Assembly: GCA_965216565.1 (NCBI GenBank)
Contig: OZ244170.1
Coordinates: forward strand, 1,056,001-1,120,000
DNA from: Bythopirellula sp.
GTDB lineage: Bacteria > Planctomycetota > Planctomycetia > Pirellulales > Lacipirellulaceae
Direction of reading: 5' to 3'
DNA length: 64,000 nt
This document shows positions 58,756 through 64,000 of the stretch, piece by piece. Below the pieces are notes generated by a model. It did not search any database and was not told the origin of the DNA. It saw nothing but the letters and a program-made list of their open reading frames with translations. Both the position numbers and the translations under genes were made by a program. The stretch's first letter is position 1; every line of letters starts with the position of its first letter.

Positions 58756-60321
58756 TTAACTACCTTTGTTAGCCGACTTGATTTGCTCGATCACTTTTTC
58801 CAGATTGAACGAACCGGGAGTCTGGCTCGGCGGATAATCAACCATTGTCTTCAAAAAGCGTCCGGCAAGATCTTGCATGGGTACGAGCACGTAGACACGG
58901 TCAATGTACCAATCCCAATAGGTGTTTGAATTCTCAAACGCCTTTTCAAACGGATCACGACGCAGATTGAATAGATAAGGAATTCGCAGTTCGATGAAAG
59001 GCTCCTGCCAAACTCCGAGTTGTCGACCGCGATTCGCGAGGAAAACGGCTTTCCATGGTTGATAGCGGATTGCAACGATTTGACCATCATCGTTGACATA
59101 CCAGAATTCTTTGCGGGCAGACTCTTCGGTTTCGCCCTTTAGATATTCCAACTGGTTGTAACCATCAAGATGTTGACGGTAGTTGCGACCGATGGCTTCA
59201 TAGCCGTCGAGCAAATCTTCCTTGATATCATCCTTGCCAGAGGCAGCAGCGAACGTGGGTAGCCAATCTTCGTGCGACACAATTCCGTTGAGAGTCACGC
59301 CAGCGGGAAACTCGCCCGGCCAACGCACAAAGGCAGGTACTCTGTAGGCACCTTCCCAATTCGAGTTCTTTTCCCCATGAAATGGAGTCGTCCCCGCGTC
59401 CGGCCAAGTATTGTAGTGAGGACCATTGTCAGTCGAATACTGAACAATAGTGTTATCCGCGATACCAAGCTCATCGAGCAAGTCGAGCAACTCGCCAACA
59501 TGCATGTCGTGCTCAACCATGCCATCTCCATACTCATCCTGGCCAGATTTGCCTCGCTGAGCCTCTTTCACATGAGTGCGGAAGTGCATGCGAGTTCCAT
59601 TCCACCAGCAGAAGAAGGGTTCATCTGCCTTCACTTTTCGTTTGATAAAGTCTTTCGCTGCCGCAACGGTCTCGTCATCGATAGTTTGCATCCGTTTGCG
59701 ATTCAGTGGTCCGGTATCTTCAATCTTTTGTGAACCATCTTTCTGTGCGAAAGATTTGATTACACCTCGAGGACCAAATTGTTCACGAAACGTTTTGCCG
59801 TTAGGCAAAGTTAAATTAGTTGGATAATCTTCGTGCTCCGGTTCTTCTTCCGCATTGAGGTGGTAAAGATTGCCAAAGAACTCATCAAAGCCATGGTTTG
59901 TCGGTAGGTGGGTATCTAAATCACCTTGGTGGTTCTTGCCAAACTGGCCAGTTGAATACCCAAGTGACTTCATCACCGCAGCCATCGTCACATCGGTCTC
60001 TTGCCAACCTTCCTTAGCCCCGGGCATACCGACTTTGGTCATGCCGGTGCGAACCGGAACCGTACCTCCAATGAACGCGGCGCGTCCCGCAGTGCACGAC
60101 TGCTGCGCGTAATAGTCCGTGAATGCCAAACCTTCACGAGCGATGCGATCGATGTTGGGCGTCTTGTAGCCCATCATGCCTCGACTATTGTGACTAATAT
60201 TCCACGTACCAATGTCATCGCCCCAGATGACTAGAATGTTAGGCTTGTCGGCTCCAATGACCGGGTTGCCGAGCGTCGCTGCGACCACCGTGATAACTGC
60301 GTAGAAAATTGCAATACGCAT
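58756..60321 (-). CDS. Arylsulfatase (CxAxR type)
   Basis: PNILVIWGDDIG, SCTAGRAAF, GKNHQGD, TDNGP. Confidence 0.93.
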   Translation of the reverse strand: MRIAIFYAVITVVAATLGNPVIGADKPNILVIWGDDIGTWNISHNSRGMMGYKTPNIDRIAREGLAFTDYYAQQSCTAGRAAFIGGTVPVRTGMTKVGMPGAKEGWQETDVTMAAVMKSLGYSTGQFGKNHQGDLDTHLPTNHGFDEFFGNLYHLNAEEEPEHEDYPTNLTLPNGKTFREQFGPRGVIKSFAQKDGSQKIEDTGPLNRKRMQTIDDETVAAAKDFIKRKVKADEPFFCWWNGTRMHFRTHVKEAQRGKSGQDEYGDGMVEHDMHVGELLDLLDELGIADNTIVQYSTDNGPHYNTWPDAGTTPFHGEKNSNWEGAYRVPAFVRWPGEFPAGVTLNGIVSHEDWLPTFAAASGKDDIKEDLLDGYEAIGRNYRQHLDGYNQLEYLKGETEESARKEFWYVNDDGQIVAIRYQPWKAVFLANRGRQLGVWQEPFIELRIPYLFNLRRDPFEKAFENSNTYWDWYIDRVYVLVPMQDLAGRFLKTMVDYPPSQTPGSFNLEKVIEQIKSANKGS

Positions 60322-60546
60322 TACGTTTGCTCCTGCTATGGGAAGCGAAGTGAACAGAACAAAAAGTGAGGCCTTAATGTATCAGTTCAAATCGATCGGT
60401 ACAAATTACTGAACCGTTGGTACCGGAATAACTTATAGGATCTTGGAACAGTAATACAACTTGTACTGATGGTTCAGTCTCTCAGTTTCCGAAAAAACAA
60501 TGGAGAATCACCCCCAGGCGGATTAGATCTACACTTCAATTGCCTT

Positions 60547-61779
60547 ATGAAACGACTCAATCAAATACTTATTTGCCTAGTCGTTTCGGTCAGTATTGTT
60601 TCCACTGGTTATGCAAAAGGGCCACTCACAGGTGACTGGCATGGTAATCGAGATTGGTTGGCCTCGCAGGGAATTACATTTGACCTGGATGTTGCAAGCT
60701 TCTATCAGGGAATCGCAACTGGGGGCCTCGAACAGCACTTTCAATATGGAGGGCACGGCGACTACGTCACAAACGTAGACTTTGGCAAGCTTGGGCTCCA
60801 ACGGGGATTGTTTCTGAAAGTGCGAGCGGAGCACCGGTTTGGCAGGAACATCAATACCGATACGGGCGCATTTCTACCAGCAGCAGTCTTGGCGGATCTT
60901 CCTGTTGTCGACAGTGAGGAACTTTTTCTGACCAATGTGCTGCTTACGCAGGCATTTTCTGAGCGCTTCGCTGTGTTCTTTGGAAAGCTCGACACTCTAG
61001 ATGGCGACGTAAACGCGTTCGCGCACGGTCGCGGGAAAACTCAGTTCTCCAACATCGGTTTTGTTTCAAATCCGATTGCTCTGCGGTCAATTCCTTACTC
61101 CACACTGGGCTGTGGATTCTCAGTTCTCGATGAGGGTGGAGAGCCGGTCTTTACTTACATGCTTCTGAATGCGATTGACACTGTGGAGACCGACGGATTT
61201 AGTGAATTGTTCGCAGAAGGTGTCGCCATGGCGGCAGAATTAAGATTAGCAACTGAGTTCGGGGGCCTTCCGGGTCACCAACTGTTCGCTGGAACTTGGA
61301 ATAGTCGCGACTATGTCGAATTAGGCCAGGACCCCAGACTTGTGTTGCCGAATGTCCCTATCAATGAAGTAGTTGGATCTTGGTCGCTTTATTGGAATTT
61401 CGATCAATATCTGCATGTCGATCCAGCGGAGTCGTCACGCGGGTGGGGAATGTTCGGCAGAGCCGGAATCGGAGACGACGATACGAATCCTCTTGCATGG
61501 TTCCTGAGCTTTGGAGTCGGGGGTCATAATCCGTTGTCTGGCCGAGGCGCCGACACATTTGGAGTTGGCTGGTTTGTTGCTGCCACCAGCGACCAAATAG
61601 GCCCAATTCTTGAGATTCCCTTTGGAGCGATCAGCGATGGGCATGGTGTCGAACTATTCTACAATTGGCAAGCCACACCCTGGTTGAATATGACCCCCGA
61701 TTTGCAGGTAATCGTGCCAGCACGCGAAAACGTAGACACTGCGCTTGCTTTGGGTGTTCGAGCTGTAATGAAGCTGTAG
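60547..61779 (+). CDS. Carbohydrate-selective porin, OprB family
   Basis: Signal peptide, LTGDWHGNRDWL...GI, C-terminal ELFYN...MTPDLQ...LGVR. Confidence 0.88.
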   Translation: MKRLNQILICLVVSVSIVSTGYAKGPLTGDWHGNRDWLASQGITFDLDVASFYQGIATGGLEQHFQYGGHGDYVTNVDFGKLGLQRGLFLKVRAEHRFGRNINTDTGAFLPAAVLADLPVVDSEELFLTNVLLTQAFSERFAVFFGKLDTLDGDVNAFAHGRGKTQFSNIGFVSNPIALRSIPYSTLGCGFSVLDEGGEPVFTYMLLNAIDTVETDGFSELFAEGVAMAAELRLATEFGGLPGHQLFAGTWNSRDYVELGQDPRLVLPNVPINEVVGSWSLYWNFDQYLHVDPAESSRGWGMFGRAGIGDDDTNPLAWFLSFGVGGHNPLSGRGADTFGVGWFVAATSDQIGPILEIPFGAISDGHGVELFYNWQATPWLNMTPDLQVIVPARENVDTALALGVRAVMKL

Positions 61780-62094
61780 CTTCTTCCACGTCGATATGGT
61801 CTACCGCTTCGTTCGTTCGGGCGGCAGAGTTTGTCCAAGCAGCAGTCTTTTGGGACCATATTCCGACGCTCACCGCAAAGAATTGCTCAAAGTCTGCTGT
61901 TGCGGGTGATAACTCAATTGGCCATCTAATAAGGCTTTCTTAGTTCACATTCACGCATTTATTGGTAGGCTTGAGTGAACGCCCCATCCACCATTCGTAG
62001 TCATCGTCGGCAAGGATTCGATGCTGAATCGACCCCGTTAGAGAATACTTGGCTCAGTGAGCAAGTTGGCTAAACAAAAAAGGGACTAGAGACC

Positions 62095-63012
62095 ATGAAA
62101 GTCTTCATTAGATTTGCTGTTCTGCTGACTGTGGTGCTTCATCATCAAATTTTGCAAGCCCAGGTAGACAAGACTGACGCAGACGACATAGCAGCAATTC
62201 GTGCCGCAGGTGAAGCGTATGCAGAAGCTTTTCAGGCCAAAGACGCTCAAGCTGTCGCCGCATTGTGGTCTCCAGACGCAGTCTACTTAAATCGCTTAAC
62301 GGGTGAGCAAGTAGTAGGGCGATCTTCAATTGCTGAGGAATTTGAAAAACTTTTTGACTCTGCAGAAAAGCTAAGACTTAGCTTGGAAGTGATTTCAATT
62401 GACTTTGTATCGCCCAACGTGGCACTGGAAGAGGGCATAGCCACCTACTCATCTGCAGACGCAGTCTCAACTGAAGAGTCGACTACCGAAGTGATCAGTT
62501 ATTCGGCAGTCTATGTTCGTCATGACGGGAAGTGGCTTCTAGATCGCGTTACCGACAAACCAATACCACCCACAAGATCTAACTACGAACACCTGAAACC
62601 ATTGGAATGGATGATCGGTAGTTGGGTTGATGACGACGAAACCGCCCAGGTGGTAACAGATTGTAAATGGACGAAGAATCGAAATTTTATATCTCGATCT
62701 TTCGCAGTTTCCTACGGCGATCAAATCAGCTTATCTGGTATGCAGTTCATGGGATGGGATCCCGCTGTCAAACAGATTCGCTCCTGGACTTTCGACTCGG
62801 ATGGCGGTTTCTCCGAGGGCACGTGGACTCGTGACCAAAACAAATGGATTGTGAACAAACAAGGAATTGTGCACACCGGGGAGCGGGCGCTGGCGACGAA
62901 TGTCATCAAAGAAATTGATGAGAACTCATTCAGTTTCCAGTCGATCCACCGGACTGTGGATGGTCAGTTGCTGCCCAATATTACAGAATTCCGAGTGATC
63001 CGCATTCGCTAG
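62095..63012 (+). CDS. Secreted NTF2-like/DUF4440 (SgcJ/EcaC-type) protein
   Basis: YAEAFQAKDAQAVAALW, DGKWLL, LEWMIGSW, IRSWTFDSDGG. Confidence 0.85.
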   Translation: MKVFIRFAVLLTVVLHHQILQAQVDKTDADDIAAIRAAGEAYAEAFQAKDAQAVAALWSPDAVYLNRLTGEQVVGRSSIAEEFEKLFDSAEKLRLSLEVISIDFVSPNVALEEGIATYSSADAVSTEESTTEVISYSAVYVRHDGKWLLDRVTDKPIPPTRSNYEHLKPLEWMIGSWVDDDETAQVVTDCKWTKNRNFISRSFAVSYGDQISLSGMQFMGWDPAVKQIRSWTFDSDGGFSEGTWTRDQNKWIVNKQGIVHTGERALATNVIKEIDENSFSFQSIHRTVDGQLLPNITEFRVIRIR

Positions 63013-63063
63013 ACCAATCGCGCGAGCAACGCTCACCAATAATACAAGTGAGGGACGATAAAT

Positions 63064-64000
63064 ATGAGACGAACTATTGTTGGTATCGCCGCGATTGCAA
63101 TGCTCACCTGGCTGGTAAGTGAAGACCTAGTGGCGCGAGGTCCACGGGGTGGAGGCGGCGGCCGCGGTGGTGGCATGCGTGGTGGAAGTATGCGGGGTGG
63201 AGGTGGACGCAGTCCTTCGATGGGTGGTGGTAGATCTTCGCGAAACTACCCCAGCCGACAGATTAATCGCGGGCAACCAGGCGGTAGCTCGCGACCAAGC
63301 AATCTGGCGCGACCTGGTGCAAATTCCCGACCCGCTGGCGGTCAGCTGGGCGGAGGAGTCAGGCCCAGTGCTGGAAGCAGGTCGGGCGGTGGACAACTCG
63401 CCGGAAAGGCACGACAGGGAGCCGGCACTAGGCCCACTCAAGGGCAGCTCAATCAGTTTCTCGATATCAAGAGCCCAGGCAATCGACCATCTCCTCGGCT
63501 CGATGGAAGTCAGTTTGGACCAGCCGTTGCGGGTGGATTGGCCGGAGGGGCTGCTGCCGATTTTCTCCACGACAATGGCGCTTCGGGACAACGACTTGCC
63601 GAAAGGCCAGGAACAGGGCAAAGACCAGATTTTGCCAATAGGCCTAGCGTCGGAGGAAGGCCCGATCTGGGTGAAGGACCGCTTGCTGGTTCGCGTCCAG
63701 GAACAGGTACTCGCCCGAGTTCAAACTTGCGTCCAGGAGATCGAGAACGCCCCGGAGTGAGCACCCGCTTGGCGAACCATCAACCCGGACGGATCGACAA
63801 CCGCCAACAGTGGAACAACAACCGCCTGCAAAGAAGGACGCAGGTTCGAAGCCAAATTGCGCGGCATCCACCGCGACGCGATTTCTGGCTGAGTCATCCG
63901 AATTGGGGGCGTTGGAGATGGAATCGACCCTATCGATGGGCCACTTGGGCTGCAGTCGCCGCGTGGTTCCCCGCTTGGGGCTGGTCGGAACCCGCCATCT
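63064..64000 (+). CDS. Secreted Gly/Arg-rich planctomycete protein (often mis-named protocadherin), truncated by the window end
   Basis: Read by hand, absent from the ORF track. Open from ATG 63064 to the end: signal peptide, RGGGGGRGGG repeats, RP repeats, WRWNRPYRWATW. Confidence 0.85.
   Translation, partial: MRRTIVGIAAIAMLTWLVSEDLVARGPRGGGGGRGGGMRGGSMRGGGGRSPSMGGGRSSRNYPSRQINRGQPGGSSRPSNLARPGANSRPAGGQLGGGVRPSAGSRSGGGQLAGKARQGAGTRPTQGQLNQFLDIKSPGNRPSPRLDGSQFGPAVAGGLAGGAAADFLHDNGASGQRLAERPGTGQRPDFANRPSVGGRPDLGEGPLAGSRPGTGTRPSSNLRPGDRERPGVSTRLANHQPGRIDNRQQWNNNRLQRRTQVRSQIARHPPRRDFWLSHPNWGRWRWNRPYRWATWAAVAAWFPAWGWSEPAI

Noticed and set aside
63127..63871. ORF-track calls 63127-63621, 63149-63760, 63510-63764 and 63644-63871
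   Set aside because: Shadows of the real + strand frame starting at 63064.
1..64000. CRISPR array, tRNA or rRNA genes
   Set aside because: No regularly spaced direct repeats, cloverleaf or rRNA-like sequence noticed; the repeats are dispersed palindromes.

Overview
This is a 64-kb window from a planctomycete. Pirellulales, probably Lacipirellulaceae/Bythopirellula-like, is inferred from the DUF1559 prepilin, PEP-CTERM proteins with a dockerin-like motif, the Rhodopirellula-type ECF sigma factor and the many sulfatases. The left ~24 kb looks like the end of an accessory island. It holds a persulfide-handling trio (rhodanese-DUF2892, TauE, persulfide dioxygenase-rhodanese), pckA plus a PPDK/PEPS regulatory protein, and a 16-kb glycan-utilisation-like locus (ECF sigma, FecR/LamG anti-sigma, tandem PEP-CTERM paralogs, DUF1559, lipoprotein, GH128-like enzyme, four sulfatases). 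That locus is bracketed by IS3-type end sequences, and a frameshifted large serine recombinase sits at the right edge. The remaining ~40 kb is core-like. It includes a degenerate murE/murF-fragment/murG operon with a CsrA-type leader, cydAB, a four-helix-bundle gene, ogt and an SMC-like ATPase-DUF4332 fusion. It also has a probable lysine/pipecolate catabolic cluster containing an unannotated HPPD/HglS-like dioxygenase, a DUF559 nuclease inside inverted repeats, topoisomerase IB, a stand-alone RNAP alpha-CTD and uvrD/pcrA. It ends with an arylsulfatase-HAD-porin-NTF2 cluster and an RGG-rich ORF that runs off the window. Several unrelated REP/MITE-like palindrome families occupy intergenic spaces. 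No rRNA, tRNA or CRISPR array was seen. All family calls come from motif recognition by eye, not database searches.
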